Shown here: in pieces, positions 25,698 to 33,355 of the stretch
Layout: each line of letters begins with the position of its first letter
Numbering within the stretch: position 1 is the first letter of the stretch
NCBI GenBank assembly: GCA_016840065.1
Contig: JAEOTB010000050.1
Location: 1-33,355 of the forward strand
DNA: 33,355 nt
Source of the DNA: Candidatus Hermodarchaeota archaeon
GTDB lineage: Archaea; Asgardarchaeota; Hermodarchaeia; Hermodarchaeales; Hermodarchaeaceae
Direction: 5' to 3'
The notes under the pieces: generated by a model
What the model saw: only the letters and a program-made list of their open reading frames with translations
Databases searched by the model: none
What the model was told of the DNA's origin: nothing
Translations under genes and position numbers: made by a program

Positions 25698-28487
25698 ATG
25701 GTTTCAATGATAGCTTGCCGAGAAGCCCGATATAATAGGTTCCTTCTTCTGATAGTATTGGCGTGTCTTGTAACACCGAATGGTGCTTTCAACATCAAGC
25801 CCTCAATTAATTTCAGAGTTTCCTCAGGAGATATTGATAGTACATCAGCGGGTTTACTTACCTCTGTTACTTCCCTGGAACCCCCTCCCACTTTTTCTCC
25901 TCCTGTTCCTGGTGCCGCCTTAAATCCCATCTGGAGTAAAATTCATGCCGGGAAATATTACCCATATAGCAGTACTGACCATGGTTCGGATTTAGTTGAG
26001 TTGAGTGGGGGAGGGTACGCCCTCATCGGAACCACCACTGGACCTAGTGGTGAAGAAAATGTTTGGGTTATAGGAACTGATGAGAACGGTACAGAATTAT
26101 GGAATAGTAGCCTTGGAGGTCCCTACATAGATAAGGGAATGGCTGGGGTGGAATGCTCTACTGGCGGCTTAATCATCGGGGGATACACACAGGGAATCGT
26201 TGACGACGACTTAGATTTTTGGATGATACTCACGGACGCAACAGGAAATCCTCTCTGGTCCAAGACCTTTGGCGGCACCGATGACGATTTTGCTAAATCA
26301 GTCATAGAGTGTTCTGGCGGAGGCTTTGCTATCGTTGGCAACACTTGGAGTTTTGGTGCAGGGTCATGGGATGTCTGGCTGATTCGGACAGATAGTTCGG
26401 GGAATCATTTGTGGAATGTTACATTCGGCGGCGCTAGCGGGGACTACGGATATGATATCGTGGAGTGTTCTGGCGGAGGCTTTGCTATACTGGCGTCCAC
26501 CAGTAGTTTTGGTGCAGGAGTTTATGATGTGTGGTTGATTCGTACTGATGCTTCAGGTAATCACCTATGGGATGTTACTTATGGTGGAACTGGATCTGAA
26601 TCTGGCAGTGGGCTAGTTGAGTGTGCGGGCGGTGGCTTCGCCATCATCGGGTATACAGGCCCTAGTTTTAGTGGACGTGATTTCTGGTTACTACGCACCG
26701 ATACTTCAGGAACACTCCTCTGGGACAAGACCTTCGGCGGCTCAGAAATCGATGTCGGTAGCGACATCGCCGAGTGTGCGGGCGGTGGCTTTGTCTTAAG
26801 TGGTACGACTAAAAGCTTTGGTAATGGTGATTACGATATTTGGGTGGTACGCACAGATGGACTAGGTGAAGGTCTGTGGACCCAAGCATACGGTAGCCCT
26901 AGACGAGACGAGTCCGGTGGAATCGTCGAATGTAGTGAGGGGGGCTTCACGGTCATTGGTTCGCTTGCGGATTCCGTGGGTAGGTTAGATGTATGGTTAT
27001 TCCGGATTCCTGATCCTGAAATCTGTTGGTATGTAACACCCGAGGACAAGATTGTAGAGTATGGTGCTAACTTCGAGTATGAACTACGAGCATCATCTCT
27101 ACAGGGTATTGACCAATGGTGGATGAATGATACTACAGGTTTTAACCTCAATCCCGAAGGGTTCCACACCAATACTTCTGTAGGTGTGCTAACTAATGCC
27201 TCCACGCTTTCAGTCGGTGACTACGGGTTACAGGTCTTTGTGAACGACACCGCTGATAACCGGATAAACGCGAACATCACGATTAACATTGAATCCCAGG
27301 CGCCCCCCACTTGGGTGGAGGCACCTACGAACCAAGTAGTCGAATTAGGTTCATCCTTCTATTACTACCTGGACGCCACCGACCGGTCGGGAATCGATTC
27401 CTGGTGGCTCACTAGCGGCGGGCCTTTCACCATCAGTTCACATGGGGACATCACCAACACGGGCGCCTTATCCCTAGCAGTGTACAACATAGAAGTGTGG
27501 GTAAATGACTCACTCGGTAATGCCTTATCCGCTACTTTCCAAGTTCAGGTAGTGGATACAACTGCACCAAGTATATCCTGGTTGCCTATTGACATAAACC
27601 ATGAGCTGGGCGACCCGTTCAATTACTACGTGAGTGCCTATGACCGGAGTGGTATTGATTCATGGTGGATAGATGACACGACTCACTTCACCATCAATGA
27701 TAATGGCAAGATTACCAACGTCACCTTCTTGCCGATCGGTGAATATCTTATCAGGGTTTGGGTCAACGATACCCAAGGAAACACCCAGAATGACAAAATC
27801 GCCCTCACAGTTGTTGACACCATAGCACCAACCATCCTAAATACTCCGGCTATAATACACGGATATCCTGAATCCGTTTCTTACCAATTTGAAGCGTACG
27901 ATCTATCAGGAGTTTCTGGTTGGGGTGTAAGTGATACCACTAATTTCAGAATCTCTTCTTCAGGGCTGCTAACCAACCATAGGGTCTTGAACCAAGGTAG
28001 ATACGATTTAACAGTTTATGTATCCGATGCTCGTGGAAATGTTCAACACCTAAATGTCCGGATTGATATTTTTCCCAGCCAGAGTACGTCATTTGTCGGA
28101 GGTCTAGTAATGGTAGGATTAGTCTCTCTATTTGTACTCGGTTGCTGTTTTCTGATTATTCGCGTTTTCAGAAACAGACCATCAGTCTCTGAAGTCCAAG
28201 AGGAGGAACCCGATTCTATCGCTCACACTCGTCGTGAACGCCCTACTCGCTACAACTGCCGAAAATGTGGAGCCCAAATCACGGGCGACAAGGCGACCTG
28301 CCAGAAGTGCGGGGCCAAGCAGAGGCAGTGTACCGTGTGCCAAGGCTTCATTGAGCATAAGGAACAGTATCTCCAGTGTCCCCACTGCAAGCAACTAGCT
28401 CACAAAAGACACTTGCTTGAATGGCTAAAGGTCAAAGGTCAGTGCCCCTATTGCAGACGAAAGCTACGGCGCAAAGATGTGGTCTAG
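25698..28487 (+). CDS. Single-pass receptor-like protein: propeller and Ig-like ectodomain, TM, cytoplasmic zinc ribbon and RING-like domain
   Basis: Ectodomain collinear with 23180..25612. After the TM: CRKC-x9-CQKC, then CTVC-x12-CPHC-x4-H-x2-H-LLEW-x6-CPYC. Confidence 0.85.
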   Translation: MVSMIACREARYNRFLLLIVLACLVTPNGAFNIKPSINFRVSSGDIDSTSAGLLTSVTSLEPPPTFSPPVPGAALNPIWSKIHAGKYYPYSSTDHGSDLVELSGGGYALIGTTTGPSGEENVWVIGTDENGTELWNSSLGGPYIDKGMAGVECSTGGLIIGGYTQGIVDDDLDFWMILTDATGNPLWSKTFGGTDDDFAKSVIECSGGGFAIVGNTWSFGAGSWDVWLIRTDSSGNHLWNVTFGGASGDYGYDIVECSGGGFAILASTSSFGAGVYDVWLIRTDASGNHLWDVTYGGTGSESGSGLVECAGGGFAIIGYTGPSFSGRDFWLLRTDTSGTLLWDKTFGGSEIDVGSDIAECAGGGFVLSGTTKSFGNGDYDIWVVRTDGLGEGLWTQAYGSPRRDESGGIVECSEGGFTVIGSLADSVGRLDVWLFRIPDPEICWYVTPEDKIVEYGANFEYELRASSLQGIDQWWMNDTTGFNLNPEGFHTNTSVGVLTNASTLSVGDYGLQVFVNDTADNRINANITINIESQAPPTWVEAPTNQVVELGSSFYYYLDATDRSGIDSWWLTSGGPFTISSHGDITNTGALSLAVYNIEVWVNDSLGNALSATFQVQVVDTTAPSISWLPIDINHELGDPFNYYVSAYDRSGIDSWWIDDTTHFTINDNGKITNVTFLPIGEYLIRVWVNDTQGNTQNDKIALTVVDTIAPTILNTPAIIHGYPESVSYQFEAYDLSGVSGWGVSDTTNFRISSSGLLTNHRVLNQGRYDLTVYVSDARGNVQHLNVRIDIFPSQSTSFVGGLVMVGLVSLFVLGCCFLIIRVFRNRPSVSEVQEEEPDSIAHTRRERPTRYNCRKCGAQITGDKATCQKCGAKQRQCTVCQGFIEHKEQYLQCPHCKQLAHKRHLLEWLKVKGQCPYCRRKLRRKDVV

Positions 28488-28568
28488 CTCCTTCAACCCG
28501 ATATTTCTGTACTAGTGAAGGCTTAAATGCCACAAGATAGTGGGCTAGCCTAGGAAGGCTGGTGTTTG

Positions 28569-29510
28569 ATGGCAAACAAAAGTGGCAACGAGAGACGCAG
28601 CGGGTCACCCGCCTCGGATGAACACCCACACGACCCACCCTCAATCCCCAACTGGAGGGAGAGGTGGGGTTTCCAGTTCTACGACCCCAAAGCCAAACTC
28701 TGCGGACTCTTCAACATCAGCAGCCACCCGAATATCCCCAAACAAGAGTTCCATCTGGTTCTTCTTGCCGACAGCGAAGTTGACCTCTACATCAACACCT
28801 TGCCCCTACAAGGAAGGATTGACAAACTAAGCGACGGCAACCTCACCTTCTCCATGGTCGAGCCCAACCACCAATGGAACATCAGCTTCGACGAAGGTAG
28901 CCGCTTCGCTGAGCTAGAGTTCCATGGACGAATCCCCCCAGTCAAATACGACTCCAAACTCTACCGCATGGAGGGGGTTCTTGAGTTGGAGTACTACGGG
29001 CAACCTTGCATCGTGAAAGGCAATATCCGTCTCGATGATGGGGCTAGCCACGACATTCACTGTCTTGGTTACCGGGACCATTCCTGGGGAATCAGGGATG
29101 ATGCCGCCATCGACAAGTGGTACAGGGTCGTCGCCCATTTCGAATGGTGCGTCATAAACCTAATTCAACTCCAAATCCGGGACCGAACCCTTTCAACGGG
29201 CTTCATGGTGACAAACAAGGGCACCCAACAACTCAAAGATGTTGAAGTAGTAACCCGCTACGAACCCGATGCGGTCACACCAGAGGGCTTTGATTTCCGA
29301 TTCAAAGATGAAACCGGGGAAAACTGGCTCCTCAAATCCGCCAAGATCCAGACCATGATGCGCTCCCCACGCCCAATAAAGCCAGGATATCATGTAAGCA
29401 TCTATGATGTCGTCTCCCATTTCATGCTCAAACGATACCCCAGCAGCGGGTACGGCATCGCCGAATACCTCACCAATCAAATATCTAGCCTACCAGGGGA
29501 ATTACCCTAA
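28569..29510 (+). CDS. Hypothetical protein, probable AttH/tocopherol-cyclase-like beta-barrel fold
   Basis: WRERWGFQFYD near the N-terminus, Y.Q....KG.I, GYRDHSWGIRD...W and C-terminal GYGIAEY; fold assignment is tentative. Confidence 0.6.
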   Translation: MANKSGNERRSGSPASDEHPHDPPSIPNWRERWGFQFYDPKAKLCGLFNISSHPNIPKQEFHLVLLADSEVDLYINTLPLQGRIDKLSDGNLTFSMVEPNHQWNISFDEGSRFAELEFHGRIPPVKYDSKLYRMEGVLELEYYGQPCIVKGNIRLDDGASHDIHCLGYRDHSWGIRDDAAIDKWYRVVAHFEWCVINLIQLQIRDRTLSTGFMVTNKGTQQLKDVEVVTRYEPDAVTPEGFDFRFKDETGENWLLKSAKIQTMMRSPRPIKPGYHVSIYDVVSHFMLKRYPSSGYGIAEYLTNQISSLPGELP

Positions 29511-29522
29511 TCTTGAGATAAT

Positions 29523-29572
29523 CCCCTTCCTCCCCGTCCCCCTCCATCCCCAAAGATGTCTTCCGTGATGAG
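29523..29572. repeat. Dispersed C-rich/G-rich intergenic repeat, copy 2 (diverged)
   Basis: CCCCTTCCTCCCCGTCCCCCTCCATCCCC (29523-29551; two nt shorter) then TGTCTT...TGATGAG. Confidence 0.85.
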
Positions 29573-29640
29573 TTGCTCTCCGGGCAGGATTGCTGTCCTG
29601 GTTTTTTAGGGGTGTTTGGTTTCGTCTTGGATGATACTGG

Positions 29641-30411
29641 CTAGTCCATCCATTTCACATGACCCATTTCTATTAGTTTTCGGAGTGGCTCTGGTATGCG
29701 GTCTGCTTTCTGTAGGTGTGACGATGCCCACACTTCCACGTCTTCATCCATCCACAGAATGGAGAGGCGTGGGCAGGAGAAGATGGGGGATATATCCACA
29801 CATTCCAGTTGATTCTTGTTGAAGGTCAGGGTTTCCAGCTTGGGGCAGTGTTGCAGCGGGGTAAGGTCGAGGGATTCTAGCTGATTACTCCCTACTCCTA
29901 GACCTCCTAGCTCCGCGCATTGTTTGAGGGGAGTTAGGTCGATCTGCTGCAAAAGGTTCACGGCAAGCCCGATACTCCTGAGCTTAGGGCATTGTTGGAG
30001 GGGTGTGAGGTTGACCTGACTTAGTCTATTCCCATTAAGACCCAAACTAGTGAAGCTTTTACAGTGGCTGAGGGGGGTGAGGTCGATGCGTTCTAACTGG
30101 TTGCCACCAAATTCAAGTTCTACCAGCTGGGAGCAGTCACTGAGAGGGGTGAGGTCCAAATGCTCGAGCCGGTTGCTACCCAACCCCAGCTCTTCCAAGT
30201 TGGCGCAGTGGCGGAGAGGGATGAGGTCCAGGTGTAGCAACTGGTTCCTATCCAGCCTGAGCTCACGCAAGTTAGCATGGTGTTGGAGAGGGGTGAGGTC
30301 GATGGAGGCAATGCTCCTATTCAAGAGGTGGATAGTAGATTCATCGGTGCTAACTTCGAATTTCTCTTGTTCGCCTTTATCGGTTGTGTACTGAAGGGTT
30401 ATCTTACTCAA
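29641..30411 (-). CDS. Leucine-rich repeat protein (24-aa repeats)
   Basis: About eight L..L.L..N.L...DLTPL..C.. repeats. Start reassigned to TTG 30411 because GGAGG lies 9 nt upstream and this removes the overlap with the upstream gene. Confidence 0.88.
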   Translation of the reverse strand: MSKITLQYTTDKGEQEKFEVSTDESTIHLLNRSIASIDLTPLQHHANLRELRLDRNQLLHLDLIPLRHCANLEELGLGSNRLEHLDLTPLSDCSQLVELEFGGNQLERIDLTPLSHCKSFTSLGLNGNRLSQVNLTPLQQCPKLRSIGLAVNLLQQIDLTPLKQCAELGGLGVGSNQLESLDLTPLQHCPKLETLTFNKNQLECVDISPIFSCPRLSILWMDEDVEVWASSHLQKADRIPEPLRKLIEMGHVKWMD

Positions 30412-30448
30412 TCTGTGAATCCTCCAAAAAGGATGAATGTTACAATGA

Positions 30449-31222
30449 CTAGTGGCCATTAGTTTGAATTATCTTAAGTGTCTTCTGTGCCCTAGCAAGA
30501 ACTTCTTTCCCGATGACAAGGGTGCCCCTGTCCTCAGGGTATTTGACTTGATGTCTTTCCAAGGCTTCTTTGAGCTTGGGGATGGCGTGACGAATGCGTT
30601 CTGGGAAGTGAACGGTACGTTCTGTAACACCGCACAAGATTCCGAGCCCAATCCGTACGGTATGTTCTAGGCGTGTTTCTTGTGCGGCTCGAAGGAGGAG
30701 GTCAAAGGCGGTGAAGTCGCCGATGTAGGCGAGAGCGTGGATCACGCTTCTGGCAAGTTCTGTGTGCTGTCTCGTGGTGAAGTAGTATTCGAGGATGGTG
30801 GTGAGGAACGGGAGGGCGCAGCTTTCTTGGAGGAAGGCGAGGGCTCGAATGTAGAGAGCTTGTGGACTCGCATCGAGGCTTTCCTCATGGGCATCGATGA
30901 GTGGCAGGTGGGGAAGCTTTGGGTATTCCCTGATGACGAGTTGGGCGGCATCCAATGATTTGCCCATGTGTCTGAGGGCGTCTGCCGTGTTCAAGATGAA
31001 GGAACGGTAAGTGTGATCCATTAACAGCTGGGTTAGCAGCTCATAGGCTTGCTGTCCACCGATTTCACCGATTTCTTGGATAACCTCATTTAACTTCCAT
31101 CTGTCCTGGGGGGCAACGCCTAAAGGGAGCACACCGTATTTGGCGGGAAGCATGTCGAGAACCTCCCGTAATCTAGCCAGCTTGGCCTCTGAAGGCTCCT
31201 CTGCACCGTTCTTCTCGCTCAT
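30449..31222 (-). CDS. HEAT-repeat-like helical protein
   Basis: IQEIGEIGG..AYELL..LL, ALAFL....ALPFL..IL, ALAYIGDFTAFDLLL, AIPKLKEAL; GAGG upstream. Confidence 0.62.
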   Translation of the reverse strand: MSEKNGAEEPSEAKLARLREVLDMLPAKYGVLPLGVAPQDRWKLNEVIQEIGEIGGQQAYELLTQLLMDHTYRSFILNTADALRHMGKSLDAAQLVIREYPKLPHLPLIDAHEESLDASPQALYIRALAFLQESCALPFLTTILEYYFTTRQHTELARSVIHALAYIGDFTAFDLLLRAAQETRLEHTVRIGLGILCGVTERTVHFPERIRHAIPKLKEALERHQVKYPEDRGTLVIGKEVLARAQKTLKIIQTNGH

Positions 31223-31296
31223 ACCTCTTCCTTACCCCTCCACCCTTTAAGCTTCCCGAATTCCTTCTCTACATCCTACCCTGCTGTTTTTGTCTC

Positions 31297-31352
31297 CCCC
31301 TTCCTCCCCCGCTCCCCCTCCATCCCCATAGTGTCTTGTCTGGTGAGGGGGG
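31297..31352. repeat. Dispersed C-rich/G-rich intergenic repeat, copy 3
   Basis: 31-nt core (31297-31327) identical to copy 1, then GTGTCTTGTCTGGTGAGGGGGG. Confidence 0.9.
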
Positions 31353-31423
31353 TATTGTTTGGTGGGTGATGTTTTTATTTGGGTGTGGGTAGGGTTTCTT
31401 TGTATGTTGTAGGAGGCGGTTAT

Positions 31424-31888
31424 GTGTCCACCTTACAAGTTCCTGATATGTGCGTTTATGATGGCGTTCATTGTACCGTGATGCGTCTGTCTGGAAGTGG
31501 TTTCTACACTCCAGGGGATCTTGGTATAGAGCCCTATAGCACAACGAGTTCTTGTTGGCGGGGGTATATGTTTATCTTTTTGTGCTGGGAGCAGGCGCTC
31601 TTCTTGAACCAGATTCTGATTAATGCCAAGAATCCTCCTGTCATTAATGGTGTTAAGCCAGAGCCCTTCAAGGGGATGTTTGAGTACTGGTACCGGAATC
31701 TCCGGCTCAAGGAGCGGGGAACTGGACATCTTCTGATAGGTGCGGGGCAGGACCGGTCCAAGCTCAAGGGACGCCTGTACCCTCTTCCCGTTGAATTTGG
31801 GAGAATCCTCCGGATAACTATAGACAAAGGCGACATCACCGCGGTTGTGGACCATGCCGACTGGGCTGTCAGGGAAAAAGAGGACTAG
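31424..31888 (+). CDS. Hypothetical protein (TxQxPD...S-x-CWRGY type)
   Basis: AGGAGG precedes in-frame GTG 31424, giving MSTLQVPD...LGIEPYSTTSSCWRGY...LFL, a pattern I recall from uncharacterised prokaryotic proteins. Confidence 0.65.
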   Translation: MSTLQVPDMCVYDGVHCTVMRLSGSGFYTPGDLGIEPYSTTSSCWRGYMFIFLCWEQALFLNQILINAKNPPVINGVKPEPFKGMFEYWYRNLRLKERGTGHLLIGAGQDRSKLKGRLYPLPVEFGRILRITIDKGDITAVVDHADWAVREKED

Positions 31889-31933
31889 CTCTAGTGACGA
31901 ACTGGCGATAACGGCTACACGGCTTGTATCTAT

Positions 31934-31957
31934 AAAAAAAGAGGGGGGAGAGGAAGT
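31934..31957 (-). terminator. Pyrimidine-rich/oligo-T archaeal terminator after the LVIVD gene
   Basis: Minus strand CTTCCTCTCCCCCCTC followed by a T run, just after the stop at 31963. Confidence 0.45.
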
Positions 31958-31962
31958 ATGGG

Positions 31963-33355
31963 CTACTTCCTCTTGCGGAACCATAAGAAGTACAGCAGAA
32001 GAATCACTATGACAATCACTATTACAGCTATGAGTGCAATGATAATTGGCAATAGGTTTGGTGGAGGAACTGCTTCGAGGTAGTCGATTGTCACGCTCTC
32101 AATGCTGGGGGTTCGGTCATTGTTGATGCTGGTTAGGATGGCTCGCCAGCGAAGGTCACTGCCATTGTAGGTGAAAGTATGGGCTACATTAGGTGTGATG
32201 CTTTCCCAATGGGCACCGCTGTCAACGGTCAAGAACCATTCGATGGATGTACCAGGTGGTGTGGTAGTCTGTGCGGTAACGGTGGCTTCTGTGATGTTAA
32301 ATGGAGTAAAGTCAACTGTTAGCGATTGGGCTGTTCGGGGGCTCTGGTAGCTGTCACGGTAGCTGCGGAAGATACGGAAAATCAAGAGAGAATCCGTGTT
32401 TGCGACATAAGCGTAGTCTCCATGGATGGTAACTTTGCGACAATCCAGCCCTGGAGCAGTGTAGCTGGTGACGAGCTGAATGTTTGTAGAATCTGTGGTA
32501 TCGATGAGGTGGACTCCACCTAATCGTTCAGCGAGAACTACGTACCGGCCATATATGGCAACACCACTGGAGTAGTTAGTTCCAACAGGAGTATAGCTGT
32601 CCAAGTTGGTAGTAGCCCAGGGTTCGGTGACGTTGTTCAGATAGAAGCCAAATGTGCCATCAGCTATTGCCAAGAAGTCACCGTCGACCGCTATATCGAT
32701 ATCAGCAGTCGCGCCTATCTTCTCTATGAGGTTGAGAGTGGATAGGTCGGTCATTTCATAGATAGCGTATCCGCCACTTCCTCCGATACCTGAGGCATAG
32801 ACATAGTGGCCCTGCGCCCAGACCGATGTGCAGTTATCAACATCATCACTCCAATCAATCGCACTGGGATTAGATGGAGTTGAGATGTTGAACATGTAGA
32901 TTCCGTAGGTTCCATCGGCTAGGTACAGAACTTCACCGTCTAGGAAGATGTCATAGGGGTAGGACATGTCTTCGTATCCGATTTCTACAACATTGGTGGG
33001 GTCACTGGCATCAAAGACATAAATCCCTGTGTCGGAGCTGCCCACATCACCGGCAAAGACCAGGTGGCCTTGAACCGCGACTGAAGTGTAGTAACAGGGG
33101 GTGTCATGCTGGATTTGATCGAGGAACACGGGGGCTACAGGGTCACTGACATCGACGAGTACGAGTCCGTCGGTGCCAGCAGCCATATAGGCAATGTCGC
33201 CTTGGACTGCTACATCGACAGCGTCGTGTGTGCTATACTCACTCATCAAAGGTAGGTCCGTCGCAATCCCATGCCCAAAACGATGGAGATGGACACCAGA
33301 ATCGTCTCCTACTAGGAGAATGCTCCCTGACAACACTACTTCATAGACCACGCTA
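31963..33355 (-). CDS. LVIVD-repeat surface protein with C-terminal TM anchor; 5' end outside the window
   Basis: Repeats V.V.G..AY.A.G..GL..VDVSDP..P; PPP-TM-RKRK tail; frame open to the window edge. Confidence 0.85.
   Translation of the reverse strand, partial: SVVYEVVLSGSILLVGDDSGVHLHRFGHGIATDLPLMSEYSTHDAVDVAVQGDIAYMAAGTDGLVLVDVSDPVAPVFLDQIQHDTPCYYTSVAVQGHLVFAGDVGSSDTGIYVFDASDPTNVVEIGYEDMSYPYDIFLDGEVLYLADGTYGIYMFNISTPSNPSAIDWSDDVDNCTSVWAQGHYVYASGIGGSGGYAIYEMTDLSTLNLIEKIGATADIDIAVDGDFLAIADGTFGFYLNNVTEPWATTNLDSYTPVGTNYSSGVAIYGRYVVLAERLGGVHLIDTTDSTNIQLVTSYTAPGLDCRKVTIHGDYAYVANTDSLLIFRIFRSYRDSYQSPRTAQSLTVDFTPFNITEATVTAQTTTPPGTSIEWFLTVDSGAHWESITPNVAHTFTYNGSDLRWRAILTSINNDRTPSIESVTIDYLEAVPPPNLLPIIIALIAVIVIVIVILLLYFLWFRKRK

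Noticed and set aside
23180-30411. Diversity-generating retroelement or transposon behind the repeats and paralogs
   Set aside because: No reverse transcriptase, transposase or integrase in the window, and no template/variable repeat pair with adenine-specific differences was seen.
31433-31984. 183-aa minus-strand ORF
   Set aside because: Overlaps the plus-strand ORF that has a strong AGGAGG RBS and a recognisable CWRGY pattern.

Overview
Archaeal chromosomal window, most consistent with an Asgard archaeon (inference from the archaeal-type TyrRS, TATA-type promoters, an IPGYP-TM-basic C-terminal anchor, 24-aa 'DLTPL' LRRs, a long TPR array, many N-x-S/T-rich surface proteins and Cys/His zinc fingers). 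It holds about 26 CDSs: a metallophosphoesterase, an anchored phospholipase D-family protein, two RimJ/RimL GNATs plus a decayed third copy alternating with surface-protein genes, a TPR-nitrilase fusion, a PadR/ABC-2 exporter operon, a nucleoside phosphorylase-like protein, tyrS, a PfkB kinase, a 9-PAS protein with no output domain, two tandem propeller/Ig-like surface paralogs, and LRR, HEAT-like and LVIVD proteins. Main observations: (1) a single-pass receptor-like protein with a cytoplasmic zinc ribbon plus RING-like domain, beside a tailless paralog; (2) a stand-alone 70-aa protein matching the PHD-finger C4HC3 consensus; (3) a three-copy intergenic repeat with G-quadruplex potential separating accessory gene blocks; (4) the GNAT-punctuated gene array; (5) the TPR-nitrilase fusion. 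No rRNA, tRNA, CRISPR array, integrase or transposase was recognised. All family calls come from motif reading by eye, not database searches.
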